The notes under the pieces were generated by a model. It was not told the DNA's origin, searched no databases, and saw only the letters and a program-made list of their open reading frames with translations. Position numbers and translations under genes: made by a program. 64,000 nucleotides of DNA from Octopus bimaculoides (lineage: Eukaryota), in NCBI RefSeq assembly GCF_001194135.2, contig NC_069001.1, positions 37,968,989 through 38,032,988 of the forward strand, read 5' to 3'. Within the stretch, counting starts at the first letter, position 1, and each line of letters begins with the position of its first letter. Of the stretch, positions 46,901 through 60,211 are shown piece after piece.

Positions 46901-48028
46901 CACTAACCTTTGATCATGGTTGCGCTTGATCTGGGCTGACCTAGGGTTAAATGCTTCTATCACCACCACCACTACCAACAACAACAACAACACCAGCAAC
47001 AACATTCAGTTGTATTTCTTTATCTTTTCCAGAGTCTTTATTCAAGCTGGTTCTGGTGGAATTGGAACTTTTGCTGTTCAGGTTGGTTTAAACAGAATTT
47101 TGTTTTTGTTTTAATATAGTTCAGTTGTGTGTGTGTGTGTTCATATTCCTGTTTTTTCTTTTTCTTTGTGTCGCACGCCTGTGACATCAGACTAGTATAG
47201 CAACATAAGTTTATAGATACAAAGGAAATGTCAAACATATCTCATCATACTGTACAGTGATGTACACTAAGTGACGGAGGTGTAAACGCACCAACATAGG
47301 TTGTCAAGCGATGGTGGGGGACAAAAACACAGACAAACACACATACACATATATGTATATATACGACAGGCTTCTTTCAGTTTCCGTCTACCAAATCAAC
47401 TCACAAGACTTTGGTCAGCCCAAGACTACTGTCGAAGATACTTGCTCAAGGTGCCATGCAGTGGGACTGAACCTAGAACCTTATAGTTTGGAAGCAAGCT
47501 TCTTACCATGCAGCCATCCCCCCCCCCACATGTATATTTGTCATGTAACCCTCCTTTGTTCTTCCAGCTGATGTCAGCATGGGGTGCCCATGTGACATCA
47601 ACATGCAGTACAGATGCCATTGACCTTGTGAGGTCACTTGGAGCCAATGTGGTCATCGATTATAAAACACAGAATGAAGAAGACGAACTGAGACAGATGG
47701 ATGGGTGAGTTCATTATTCTTTTGTCCTTCTTTTCTCATTCTGTCTCATTTCTCTCTCTCTCTCCCCTCACAATTTTTTTGTCATCTCCCCCTTCTACTC
47801 ACTCTTCTTCCTCTTCCTTTTCAGCTTTCACCTTTACCTTGATGTTCTTGGTAAGAAGCCGTCTCGGAATGTCTTGAAGAATTGGTGCAATGCCAAGTAT
47901 GTGACAATAAAGACGCCATTCCTTGAAGACACAGACACCCATGGTGTACCTGCTGGCTTCCTCCGCTCGGCCGGTTCCCTTGGCTGTAACATTCTCGAGG
48001 TTTGTCAATGCTAATTGGTGATGGTGCC

Positions 48029-48074
<46 letters not shown>

Positions 48075-49833
48075 CATGTGTTTAGTCCTAGGTCAGCCTC
48101 TGAGCTAGCAGACCTGTTGTCAAAGACAATCCAACAATGACCAGCCAGTCTGTTGTTTTTCCAGACTACATAGCCAATGTGTCCTTGTTTTTCTTTAGAC
48201 AGTAGGACATAATTTGAGTGAGAGGTTAGCTGCTATTTCTTGCTGGTCAAGCAACCATGTCGATTCTTTATGGTTGCTGTTTAGCCCCGGGTCACTTCTG
48301 ATCCAAAAGATCTATGATCAAAACTGTCCTAGCTGTGACCATCCTGTCTTTTAGTTAGGCATAGTGTACCTAAGACTACATTATTTAACGTTGCTTTCTT
48401 TGTTGTTGTTGTTGTTTAACCCCGGGTCAGCCCTCATCCAAAATGACCTTTGACCATGGTGTCTTTACCGTGGCCATCCTGTCTGTTACTAACACATAGT
48501 GTACCTAGGACTGTATTATCTAATTTGTCCTTTTTGAAATGAAAGGGTGTGATTTGAAGGAGATTTAGCTGCTGTTTCTAGCAGTTGAATCACACCAGAG
48601 GCTATGGTTCAACTCCCTTTTTAGCACATGCATGCGTGTTTGTGTGTGTCTTTTGTGCTTACATCTGTGTCCATATATGTATGTATGTATGTGTATGTAT
48701 ATTCATATATGTGCATGTCAGTGTGTATGTTTGTGTGTTTGGAAAGGGTTTTTCTGCTACCCTACAGTATGGCCAGTAACCCGTCCACTATTGCCAAGAC
48801 TCTCACACATCACAATAAAATACAGCCCCACCCCCATCCCTTATCTCACACCAAAAAATGTCTTCCTGCATATAATTACGACTTTGTTAGACACAACCCA
48901 CTTCCTTGCCAGACACACCTCTTTACTAGACATGACCTAACTCTTCACTACTAGACACACCCACATTATACTGCGACACACCCACTTCTCAATGTAATTT
49001 CCTTCTTGTACCCTCATCTCTCCTCCCATCTCTATAACAGTTACTCCCACTATCACCTTTATAAAAGAGACCCTCACTACTCCATTGATCCTCTCCTCCC
49101 ACTACCACCTCTGCTACCATGATGTTGGCTTATCATCTTCGGTCATGTTTCAGAATCTAAAGAATGGACAGAGTTATCGCTGGGCGTTCTTCATCCCTGA
49201 TTGGAGGGCACTGAGGTGTATTGGTCAGCTGGTGGACAACGGTCAGGTAAGACAAATATCGTGCATGCACACAAAACACACACACACCCCCCTATCGCCT
49301 AATATCACCCCTGTGTCTGGAGTGGCTCTACCATTGCTCTCTCTGTATTGTTCTAGATGAAAACGCACCCACGTCTACACACATGTACAACACACATTCT
49401 ACACACACATGCACATGCACTACACACACACATACACACTACATACACACTACATACACACACACATTCTACACACACACACACCTCCCTATACCCTATA
49501 CATCCCCCTTTTCCTGGTATGACTCCACCTTCTCCCCATCTGTATCTATTGTACCACATTGAACCAGTCACACCCATACCTTCACCTGATCTACACACAC
49601 ACACGTCCCCACATACATTTACACCCCATACATGTGCACACCCACACACCTACACCTTCATATCTTCCACTCCCATATCCAGTGTCCCTCTCCTATCTCT
49701 CTCTCTCTTGTACCAGATCAAACCAGTCATCGACAAGGTGTTTCCCTTTCATCAACTGCCTCACGCCTACAACCATGTCGAGGCCGGACACAGTCGAGGT
49801 AAAACAGTCATTGATGTAAAGTGTACAGAGTAA
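40366..49833 (+). CDS. RTN4IP1: Reticulon-4-interacting protein 1, mitochondrial (NAD(P)H quinone oxidoreductase, MDR family); complete 9-exon CDS, 1230 nt, 409 aa from the first ATG
   Basis: Exons 40366-40675, 43092-43246, 43991-44059, 46452-46576, 47033-47081, 47568-47704, 47825-47999, 49154-49246, 49717-49833 join in frame. Motifs [51 protein letters not shown] and GHSRGKTVI are present. The N-terminus is basic and Ser-rich like a mitochondrial presequence (..CRSFS). Confidence 0.96.
43092..43246 (+). CDS. RTN4IP1: RTN4IP1 exon 2
   Basis: DGYGEKLINL...[12 protein letters not shown]...PGDE; acag acceptor and GAG|gtttgt donor. Confidence 0.96.
43991..44059 (+). CDS. RTN4IP1: RTN4IP1 exon 3
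   Basis: VWGVVGAHNQGSHAQFCVASTKE; tag acceptor and gtgagt donor. Confidence 0.93.
44946..45330 (+). mobile_element. tRNA-derived SINE family A, full length, with (CAA)n tail
   Basis: A-box tggcccagtgg and B-box ggtttcgattccc. Degenerate 13-bp target-site duplication ccaactagttcgt / ccaaccagttcat. Confidence 0.9.
45900..46030 (-). mobile_element. Penelope RT remnant in RTN4IP1 intron 3
   Basis: WSKLDRENAFDIAMGSHDSTQASDLVGIYIL matches the PLE motif FDV.MGS.DGAE..ELVG.Y.L. Confidence 0.7.
46452..46576 (+). CDS. RTN4IP1: RTN4IP1 exon 4
   Basis: [27 protein letters not shown]...; tag acceptor and gtaagt donor. Confidence 0.96.
47033..47081 (+). CDS. RTN4IP1: RTN4IP1 exon 5
   Basis: [16 protein letters not shown] nucleotide-binding motif; cag acceptor and gttggt donor. 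Confidence 0.95.
47568..47704 (+). CDS. RTN4IP1: RTN4IP1 exon 6
   Basis: LMSAWGAHVTSTCSTDAIDLVRSLGANVVIDYK...; cag acceptor and gtgagt donor. Confidence 0.96.
47825..47999 (+). CDS. RTN4IP1: RTN4IP1 exon 7
   Basis: FHLYLDVLG...KYVTIKTPFLEDTDTHG...; cag acceptor and gtttgt donor; phases fit both neighbours. Confidence 0.92.
48080..48600 (+). repeat. Three diverged tandem modules of a dispersed repeat family (gtttaaccccaggtcagccctgatc...gaccatcctgtc)
   Basis: Modules start at about 48081, 48280 and 48415. Related pieces lie at about 28560-28700, 30620-30980, 42770-42850 and 44730-44800. Confidence 0.7.
49154..49246 (+). CDS. RTN4IP1: RTN4IP1 exon 8
   Basis: NLKNGQSYRWAFFIPDWRALRCIGQLVDNGQ; cag acceptor and gtaaga donor. 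Confidence 0.95.
49717..49833 (+). CDS. RTN4IP1: RTN4IP1 exon 9, terminal
   Basis: IKPVIDKVFPF...GHSRGKTVIDVKCTE*; cag acceptor and TAA stop. Confidence 0.96.
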   Translation: MKPVIDKVFPFHQLPHAYNHVEAGHSRGKTVIDVKCTE

Positions 49834-49963
49834 CAGCACCAACGCCCAGTGCAGGGATTGATCCGATGCCCTATAGAACCGACGTTGAGGATGATGTTGT
49901 TGTTATTGTTGATATTTAGCTGAAACCTTTTTTTTCCTTTTTTTTTTATTAAATTTCTTTTTA

Positions 49964-49969
49964 AATAAA
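49964..49969 (+). terminator. Candidate polyadenylation signal (AATAAA) of RTN4IP1
   Basis: AATAAA about 130 nt after the stop, in T-rich context. An ATTAAA also occurs at about 49948. Confidence 0.45.
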
Positions 49970-51616
49970 ATCAAAATTATTTTTATTTCATCTCTGTCAT
50001 TTTACTCGCTTAACATTTTACTCTTTTATTAGTTCAGTCACTGGACTGTGGCCATACTGGAGTACTGCCTTGAAGAGGACATTGACCCGGGGTACTTTTT
50101 CTCCAAATTTAGTACTTTATTTATTTATAAATTGGTCTTTATTTTGTTGAACCATCAAGCGCTAGGTACATAAACGACCTCTAACCATTTGTCCAGCAGT
50201 GTCCTCTGACCACAGATTATGCAGATGGACACACACACTACACACATATATGCATGCATGCATATATACATACATACTTATTTTTCACATTGCATCTCTT
50301 ATAAAGGGTTTCCGCGCAGCTGCCATCTACCAAATTCCCTCACAAAGCATTGTTTTGCTCTGAAGTTGTTGTAGAAAACATTTCTCCGGTGTACCACTGT
50401 GCAGTGGGACTGAACCTGAAACGACACGGTTACAGAGCTTGCAACTGGCTCTCTGCCGGGTTTGCAACTCTGCATGTGATAGGTTTTCAGTATGGGCCCT
50501 GCAAATCTTGAATTTGGACACTTGATTGACTTGTAATAGTGCACGAGGTGGATAGGAAGTGGGGCAGGGGTAAAAAGATAGGCTGGCTAATGTCACATAA
50601 AAACGTGCTGAGGAAGCCACAGATGAAATGTCAGCCAGATGTGGTGAACTCCTCCATCAATTCTGTAGTTTTAGTAGAGCTGACTTGTGTACCTTACTGC
50701 AGGTTTCATCTAACCTGACTGAGATGTTTGATCTTTTACTCATTGGAGAAAAATTGGGTTCCCTTAGTCTGAATAACCCTCTGCTGCCCTCACTGTCTGC
50801 ATGGAGGGCTTGTGCGGCCATGGGTGATGATATGTATGTAAGTCCTGAAGCTGTGACATCTGTCGAAGATAAGAAGTTGTGGTCACTATTTGTATAGTGC
50901 CGTCTCTCCCAAATCGTTTGTAAAGCACAATCTTCTACATCATTTATATAGCATATTATCCTACATCGTTTATATAGCATAATCTATAGCCCATTCTTTT
51001 GGCTGAGTTGCTGTTCTGAGTCAATAATTGAACAATGTTGGGTGTTCAGCAACACATCTGGGACATTCCCACCACTAAACCTCTATCGTCTGTAGAGGTT
51101 TTATGGTGAGAGGAACGATTGTGTGTTGGGTTTCAACTGAGACAATGTCTGGTTATCCTTAGATTATCTCGGCTAGAATCAGATATTACTGGATTGGGAT
51201 AAGCTGTATACCCACCATTCACAGCATAAACGACGCACACAAAACGAAAACTCTGAGTAACGTCAGAGTGAATCATTAGTTTTATACAAATTGTGTGTGT
51301 GTGTGTGTGTGTGGATACATATATATGTAATATGTATGCATACGTATGTTTATGTGTATATTTAGGTGTATACATATATATATATATGCATACATATGTG
51401 CGTATATAGGTGTATATATGTAAATATATATACTTGTATACATATATGTACATAAAAATATATGTATATATATGTGTGTGCATACGTCTATGTATGCATG
51501 TATATATTATACATGTATAAGAATGTACATATAGACATATATGTACATCTATATGCACACACACATACACACGTATACAGACCTATATATTCATATATAT
51601 ATGTATGCATGTGTGA

Positions 51617-51655
<39 letters not shown>

Positions 51656-52030
51656 TGCCAAAATGACTATACAATTAAGTGAAATGCTGTTGAGGAGGGT
51701 TAAGATTAGTTAAATACTCAAGTCGACTGGATTGACGCTAGCTGCAGTGTACACGTGCGCACACGGACAAACATGTACAATGTGTATATATAGGCATATA
51801 TGTATGCATAAACGTCTGTGTGTGTGTGTGTGTGTGTGTGTGCGCCAAGGGGCTGGAGTGATTCTTCAAGTGTGTATCTTGTTTGTTCATCAGTAAAATT
51901 GTAATTAAATTGGGAAAGATTTCCTGCAAGACGTTTTAAGTAAATAGTTTTGAAGTAGACAACACAATTAAACAACAATAGCTTCATTAATCTATCTATC
52001 TATCTATCAGTGTGTGTTCACATATCTCTA

Positions 52031-52067
<37 letters not shown>

Positions 52068-52133
52068 TATGCATATATGTGTGTATATGTGTATATATAT
52101 GTGTGTGTGTATATGTATGTGTGTATATATATG

Positions 52134-52225
<92 letters not shown>

Positions 52226-52699
52226 TATGTATATATATTAATTTAGAGATATACACACATCCTCTGTTTGATGTTCGTGTGTGTATGCGTGTAAACGTGT
52301 ATATGTGTGTATGAGTGGATGTCTGTGTGCATATATATATATATGTGTGTGTGTGTAATAGTGTTTTATTTATGACATATCAAGAAAGAGAAAGAGAGAG
52401 AGAGGTGGCGGGGTTGTATGGCAATATGTGTATACATTGACAAGTTAATGATATAATTAAATTTATGTATCTTATTTAATTGTATCTGTTGTTGGACTGT
52501 GGCCATGCTGGAGCACCGCCTTGAAGGATTTTAAGTGGAACAAATTAACCCCAGCACTTACTTCTTAAACCTGACACTTATACTGTCATATATACTGTCA
52601 TATATGCCGAACCGCTAATTACGGGGACGTAAACAAACCAATACCGGTTGTCAGGCAGTAATGGGTAACAAACGGAAACACAAAGACAAACGCACGCAT

Positions 52700-52763
<64 letters not shown>

Positions 52764-52884
52764 GTGTGTGCATATATATCTCTTGTCTTCCACTTGTATA
52801 TAAATCGTACTGGAAAACCGAAGGTAGAGTAACATGCTTTTGATTCAAACAGCTTGTGAAAATTCTTATCGGCTTTTATAAAAA

Positions 52885-52924
<40 letters not shown>

Positions 52925-53440
52925 TTGGTACCAGCCTTGTCTATCTTTACACACACACACATGCACACGTACAGGTAGTGGGTGCGAGAGCTGGATGTGC
53001 TCAGATAGAATACACATCGAAGTGCTCAAGTGAATTTGAGCATAAACTCTGAATTCGTCATGGATTAGGTCCACGACATCAAGAGCAGTTATGAGAGAAA
53101 TCCAAGAATGGCCTGATATGGAACTAGTGGTGCAGACGAACGCAGTTACCTTTCGCACACACACGCACACGCACACACTCATACATGCTCAAACATATAC
53201 ATACATGCATACACATACGGTGTGTGTGTGTGTGACGCCAGCATCAGGTAATCAGTGAGCTGAACTAATTAATTCTCTCACCGCCATTACTGACATATTA
53301 AACATCAACAATAGGAAGTGGTATTGGTCGTAGTAGACAGAGTGGTGGTTCTGGCTGTGGTGTGAAGAGTCCAGAAGAGTGAGACACCAGAGAAAAGATA
53401 GGGGAGAGGAGGAGAAAAAAGAAAAATAATAATGAAATCG

Positions 53441-53475
<35 letters not shown>

Positions 53476-54704
53476 CCTTTTTAGACACCATAGGCACGAG
53501 GGTTGAGATTTAGCGTGGGGGATGGGGTTTAGTCGATTAAATCGACCCTGTTACGTGACTGGTACTTTATTTGTTACGACCCCGAAAGGATAAGAGGCAA
53601 AGTTGACCTCGACGGAATTTGAACTCAGAACGTAAAGTTTGTCCGGCATGCTAACGATTCTGCCAGCTCACCACCTTAATAACGATGATGATGATGATGA
53701 TAATAATAACCTTTTCTACTAAAGGCAGAAAGCCTGAAATTTTTGGAGGGGGGGGGGCTAGTCGATTACATCCACCCCTGGGTCTCACTGATACTTAATT
53801 TGTCGACCCCGAAAATATTAAGAGCAAAGTCGACCTCGGCAGAATTTGAACGCAGAACAAAAAGATGGAACGAAATGCCGCTAAGCATTTTNNNNNNNNN
53901 NNNNNNNNNNNNNNNNNNNNNNNNNNNNNNNNNNNNNNNNNNNNNNNNNNNNNNNNNNNNNNNNNNNNNNNNNNNNNNNNNNNNNNNNNNNNNNNNNNNN
54001 NNNNNNNNNNNNNNNNNNNNNNNNNNNNNNNNNNNNNNNNNNNNNNNNNNNNNNNNNNNNNNNNNNNNNNNNNNNNNNNNNNNNNNNNNNNNNNNNNNNN
54101 NNNNNNNNNNNNNNNNNNNNNNNNNNNNNNNNNNNNNNNNNNNNNNNNNNNNNNNNNNNNNNNNNNNNNNNNNNNNNNNNNNNNNNNNNNNNNNNNNNNN
54201 NNNNNNNNNNNNNNNNNNNNNNNNNNNNNNNNNNNNNNNNNNNNNNNNNNNNNNNNNNNNNNNNNNNNNNNNNNNNNNNNNNNNNNNNNNNNNNNNNNNN
54301 NNNNNNNNNNNNNNNNNNNNNNNNNNNNNNNNNNNNNNNNNNNNNNNNNNNNNNNNNNNNNNNNNNNNNNNNNNNNNNNNNNNNNNNNNNNNNNNNNNNN
54401 NNNNNNNNNNNNNNNNNNNNNNNNNNNNNNNNNNNNNNNNNNNNNNNNNNNNNNNNNNNNNNNNNNNNNNNNNNNNNNNNNNNNNNNNNNNNNNNNNNNN
54501 NNNNNNNNNNNNNNNNNNNNNNNNNNNNNNNNNNNNNNNNNNNNNNNNNNNNNNNNNNNNNNNNNNNNNNNNNNNNNNNNNNNNNNNNGATGAAGAAGCT
54601 GTGAGGAGAGAAATGGAAAAGATGTGGTCAATGAGAAGAAAGGATGGTGTTGCAATGATTGTGGGTGTCTTGGAGAGAAAGAGAGAGAGAGAGAGAGAGG
54701 GAGG

Positions 54705-54754
<50 letters not shown>

Positions 54755-54819
54755 TTTATAAGGATGATTATTGTTTGGATTGCTGTAGTGGGACATAGCC
54801 TTGGAAAAAGGGAACAGCT

Positions 54820-54854
<35 letters not shown>

Positions 54855-55695
54855 AATGATGATAATGATGATTACAACAACTACCACCAACTACAACAAC
54901 TACAACAACACCAACAAAGTCCATTTCGATGTCAGACCAAGGTTATCACATGTCATTGATCTTTTGTTATCTGCTTAAGAAGAACAAGAACAACAGCGAC
55001 AACACAGACATCAGATCTAACATCACAATCCCCCCAGCCCCCACCCCATCTCCAACACCAACACCATTGCCTCCCCATCATCCTCGTCATCTTTCTCATC
55101 CTCTTCATGACGACGACGACGACGGCGACCACCACCACCACCACCACTTCTACTGCCAGAAAACNNNNNNNNNNNNNNNNNNNNNNNNNNNNNNNNNNNN
55201 NNNNNNNNATAAATATATATATATATATACATACATAAACATACACACACATATACGTATACGTATATATGTATTAATCATAAAAGCGGTAATAGACATT
55301 TCCCGTTAATATCGTAAATATATAATTCAAATATTTGTGCATATAAAGTATTTAGTGTGTGCCCTGCAAAGACGAATAATTTGAAATCGTTCAAAGCAAT
55401 AATCAGCTAATCTAGGAAGTTGGCCTGAGAGATAAGGCACGAGAAAATAAAGACGAGCTGTATAAACTAAAACTACACACAGAGACACGTACACACGCAC
55501 CGCGCACACACACACACACACATACACACACACATATATATATATATATATGTATAAATATTTCGCTTTTGGATTTGGTTTGCAAGATTCTTTATGTGAG
55601 TTTGTTTCTTGAAGCATATTCTATTGTCTGGGGAGAGTCATTCTCTTTTCGTGCCTTATAATTTAACACGACTGTCCCCAGATACAATGGTATAT

Positions 55696-55734
<39 letters not shown>

Positions 55735-55960
55735 CATACATACGCATATATTAGACGAACATGACATCGCGTTTCCTGGTTCGCTTGTGTATTTCGGTCG
55801 TCTGTCGGTTGTAGAAAGACTTTTATAAGAAATTCTGTTTGTTTTAAGAAACAACCGGTGTGTATAACAATGACGTAAACAGCCGGAATAATGATGAAAG
55901 CGGCCGGAGTAATGACGTAAGCAGACGGGATATTCAGGATTGATATACTGTACATAAGGT

Positions 55961-56306
55961 GGAGGCGCAATGGCCCAGTGGTTAGGGTAGCGGACTCGCG
56001 GTCATAGGATCGCGGTTATTGAGCGAAAACACCTAAAAGCTCCACGAGGCTCCGGCAGGGGATGGTGGCGAACTCTGCTGTACTCTTTCACCACAACTTT
56101 CTCTCACTCTTACTTCCTGTTGTGCCTGTAATTCAAAGGGTCAGCCTGGTCACACTGTGTCACGCTGAATATCCCCCGAGAACTACGTTAAGGGTACACG
56201 TGTCTGTGGAGTGCTCAGCCACTTGCACGTTAATTTCACGAGCAGGCTGTTCCGTTGATCGCATCAACTGGAACCCTCGACGTCGTAAGCGACGGAGTGC
56301 CAACAA
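55961..56306 (+). mobile_element. tRNA-derived SINE family A with 10-bp target-site duplication
   Basis: Near-identical to 44946-45330. CTGTACATAA occurs at 55948-55957 and 56307-56316. Confidence 0.9.
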
Positions 56307-56759
56307 CTGTACATAAAATTGGACAGGTAAAACAACTAATGGACTTGGGTCCTTCGCAAGATAAAATGACAGGAAAGACTGTTAAATTGAAAAGAAAATG
56401 GACCTTCACCGGCCTAGAAGACAAAACCTTGATAGGTTTCTGTTAACAGGTGTAGCATATGGCAGAAGAACAAGAAGAAAGATCTAAAACCAGATTTTGT
56501 GATAACATCAAAGAAGTTAGTGGCGGGAGTTTTGCAGAACTGTGCAGATTGGTACAGGGTAGACATGGATGGAACGCCACGGTGACTCAGTTTTTTAATA
56601 TTCTCCATGTGATAAAACTGTACATGAGATTGCTCCACTCGCAGAGATTTTTATCTTCTATTTTCTACCTGTAATCGGTCATTCGATTGAGGCCATGTCT
56701 TGGAGAAAATCAAGTGGTATTACCGGTATTAACCGTGACACCACGTGACCTTTCTTATT

Positions 56760-56985
56760 TCTTTATTGCCCACAAGGGGCTAAACATAGAGGGAACAAAC
56801 AAGGACAGGCAAAGGGATTAAGTCGATTACATCGACCCAGTGCGTAACTGGTACCTAATTTATCGACCCCAAAAGGATGAAAGGCAAAGTCAACCTCGGC
56901 GGAATTTGAACTCAGAACGTGGCGGCAGACGAAATACTGCTAAGCATTTCGCCCGGCCCCCTAACGTCTCTGCCAGCTCGGCGCC
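56760..56985 (-). mobile_element. SINE family C (ggcgagctggcaga...gtcgatgtaatcgact)
   Basis: Recurrent; other copies at about 1665-1835 (-), 5240-5375 (-), 40920-41035 (+), 53510-53680 (-), 53750-53890 (-) and 63841-64000 (+). Confidence 0.85.
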
Positions 56986-57281
56986 TTGACCTTTCTTGAC
57001 CAATCACAACCCACCTTACCGTTAATAACATTTGACTTTCTTGTTCTCATGTGTAACTTCCCCTGCCTGAGGTTACCGAAGTCTTTACCGTCGGCTTTTC
57101 ATTCCACGGGGATAAACCTTTTACATTTTTACGCTGTTCTTTTTTTTTTTTTGCTGTTTTATACGTCATAAACATTTTCGATCCCTTTTGATGTTTGTTC
57201 TTCTTTCTTTTGAAAAGTTCTACTTTGTATTGTCCCCTCTGTGTTCGGCCCTGCGTGGCTAATAAAGATATCTATCTATCC

Positions 57282-57328
<47 letters not shown>

Positions 57329-57349
57329 AACTCTCTTTCTTTCTTTCGT

Positions 57350-57436
<87 letters not shown>

Positions 57437-58141
57437 NNNNNNNNNNNNNNNNNNNNNNNNNNNNNNNNNNNNNNNNNNNNNNNNNNNNNNNNNNNNNNNN
57501 NNNNNNNNNNNNNNNNNNNNNNNNNNNNNNNNNNNNNNNNNNNNNNNNNNNNNNNNNNNNNNNNNNNNNNNNNNNNNNNNNNNNNNNNNNNNNNNNNNNN
57601 NNNNNNNNNNNNNNNNNNNNNNNNNNNNNNNNNNNNNNNNNNNNNNNNNNNNNNNNNNNNNNNNNNNNNNNNNNNNNNNNNNNNNNNNNNNNNNNNNNNN
57701 NNNNNNNNNNNNNNNNNNNNNNNNNNNNNNNNNNNNNNNNNNNNNNNNNNNNNNNNNNNNNNNNNNNNNNNNNNNNNNNNNNNNNNNNNNNNNNNNNNNN
57801 NNNNNNNNNNNNNNNNNNNNNNNNNNNNNNNNNNNNNNNNNNNNNNNNNNNNNNNNNNNNNNNNNNNNNNNNNNNNNNNNNNNNNNNNNNNNNNNNNNNN
57901 NNNNNNNNNNNNNNNNNNNNNNNNNNNNNNNNNNNNNNNNNNNNNNNNNNNNNNNNNNNNNNNNNGATGGCGGCGGCGGCGGGGACGGTGGCGCTGGTGG
58001 TGGTGATGGTTGTGATAGTGGTGGCGGTGGCGGTACTGATGACGGTGATAGTGATAATGGTGGTAGCGATGATTGTGGTGGTGGTGGTGGTGGTGGTGGT
58101 GGTGGAGGGTGGCGGCGGCGGCATGGAGGTTCTCTACTCTA

Positions 58142-58373
58142 TTATGTAGCATTCACAATAGCTAACACCTGATTGTCAAAGCAGAGCAGTTTGAAACAAT
58201 GTAATGTAGTAGTAGTAGCAGCAGTAGTAGTGGTGGTGGTGGTGGTGGTGTTACTAATAATAGTAGTGATAATAATGGTGATGGCACTAACAGTAGCATT
58301 AGCAGTGGTAGATGTAGAGATAGTAGTAGTAGTAGTAGTGGAATTATTATTATTATCATTATTATTATTATCA

Positions 58374-58404
<31 letters not shown>

Positions 58405-58520
58405 TATTATTATCATTATTATTATTATTATTATTGTGTTGTGTAGTAGCATTAGTAGTGGTTGTGGTGGTTGTGTTGTTGTTGGTGTTGGTAGTAGTAG
58501 TGGTTGTGGTGGTGGTGGTA
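58142..58520. repeat. Compound trinucleotide microsatellite field (GTA/GTG/TTA/TCA)
   Basis: Direct observation. It represents the many (TA)n, (CA)n, (GA)n, (TAA)n, (TATC)n and (GAA)n tracts, most of which border N gaps. Confidence 0.95.
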
Positions 58521-60174
58521 GATGCCTCCATTGTCGTCGCCACTAATCCTCTCCCCAGACCCAACAATGGAGGGAAACTTACAGGAATCTCTTTTGTTCT
58601 TTCCAGTTTTCTGATTCTCTTGTTTTTGTTTTCGTTTTGTTTTGTTTACCGTCCACCTCCTCCTCTCCCCATACCACCTTCTACCCCCCACCCATCTCCC
58701 TATCACCCTCAACAACCCCATTCACCCACACACCTCCCACGCAGCCATACACGCGTACACAACTAAACACGCGTGCACACACACACACGCACACACACAC
58801 ACACACGCACACACACACACACAAACATTGAATCGTCAGCAAAAAGATTTCAATGACGATGATGATAATGAAGAAGCTGATGGTGATGGTAATGATGACG
58901 CTGATGATGTTGATGATGACAATGATGATGATGCCGCTAGTTACGGCATTCAACATGTCCATCTATGTCCCTCTATTCCTGTCAGTTTTTGCTTTCCCCA
59001 TCACTTGAGCCACGCCATCGCAACTCTGCAAACGACTTTTTACTCTCTCATTTTACTTCAGCCAAGAGTTCTCGATTTCCTTTCGAAAGCGACTCGAATG
59101 CGCAGTACTGACAAGCTGCAACTGCAGCGAAATACGTATATCTACCGCTCTCGTGATCACTTTCGGGTCGAATTCCGATGTATATTGTGTAATATAACAT
59201 GTGTATGGGAAGAGTTTATCTCAGACAATTCTACGGCATCAAGTCATCTAACGGTGTCTTTTAGTTTAATGCTCTTTCAATTTCGTATAACGAATACACA
59301 CACATACATACATACAGACACACACACACATACATACATACATACATACAATGCATACAATACATACATACGTACGTACGTACGTACATACGTACTTATG
59401 CATGTACAGATAGACAGATACATGCAAACATGCTCCCTCCACACCTTTTCAAACTCCACTTGCCACCTTACACTATCCATTGTGCATACAATTAAACATA
59501 TTCCTGCACCGCCAAAACCATCAGATGAATAACGAAGTGTTATTTTTCGCTCCTATTACATCTCTGCTTTATATAACACTCCGGCAACAAAATATAACCC
59601 CCCCCCCTCTTTGCGATTATCATATCACAGTTTTCTCTAAAACGTATTCCTCTCTGTTTGTTCAGCAACACAATTCTACACATTTTGTTAATATTCTCTC
59701 GACAATGAATTTATTAAACACGAATTCATTCATTTTTAAAAACATTTCTCTCCAATATTGTTTCGCTTCTATCGTTTTCCGGTGGTTTTTGTTTTATTCA
59801 CAACTTCAGAAGTGATTTCTTCGGATTGAAACACCTTCGAAGGTACTTAGTGCGATGTATGTATTGTATGCATTGTATGTGTGTATGTATGTATGTATGT
59901 ATGTATGTATGTATGTATGTATGTATGTATGTATGTGTGTATGTATGTATGTATGCATATGTGTGTATGTATGCATATGGAATTGCATGTACATATATAT
60001 ACACACACACAAATATATACTTAAACATACATTTATATATGTGTATATATATAAATATATATATACTGTGTGTGTGCATACACCCGTACGCATAAATATA
60101 TACTCTTACACACACACATATATATATGTGTGTGTGTGTGATTATATGGACAAATGTATACATACATATGTGAA

Positions 60175-60211
<37 letters not shown>

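Noticed and set aside
48030-48076. Long poly-T run after RTN4IP1 exon 7
   Set aside because: No associated retrocopy or target-site duplication was seen, so it is treated as a simple repeat.
50628-50980. Overlapping ORFs and a splice-bounded 135-nt open segment (50703-50837)
   Set aside because: No recognisable protein motif, and no partner exons that I could link to it. It lies beyond the RTN4IP1 stop and candidate polyadenylation signal.
59800-59845. TTCG-loop and GAAAC...TTC^GAAG arrangement
   Set aside because: It lacks a CUGANGA core.
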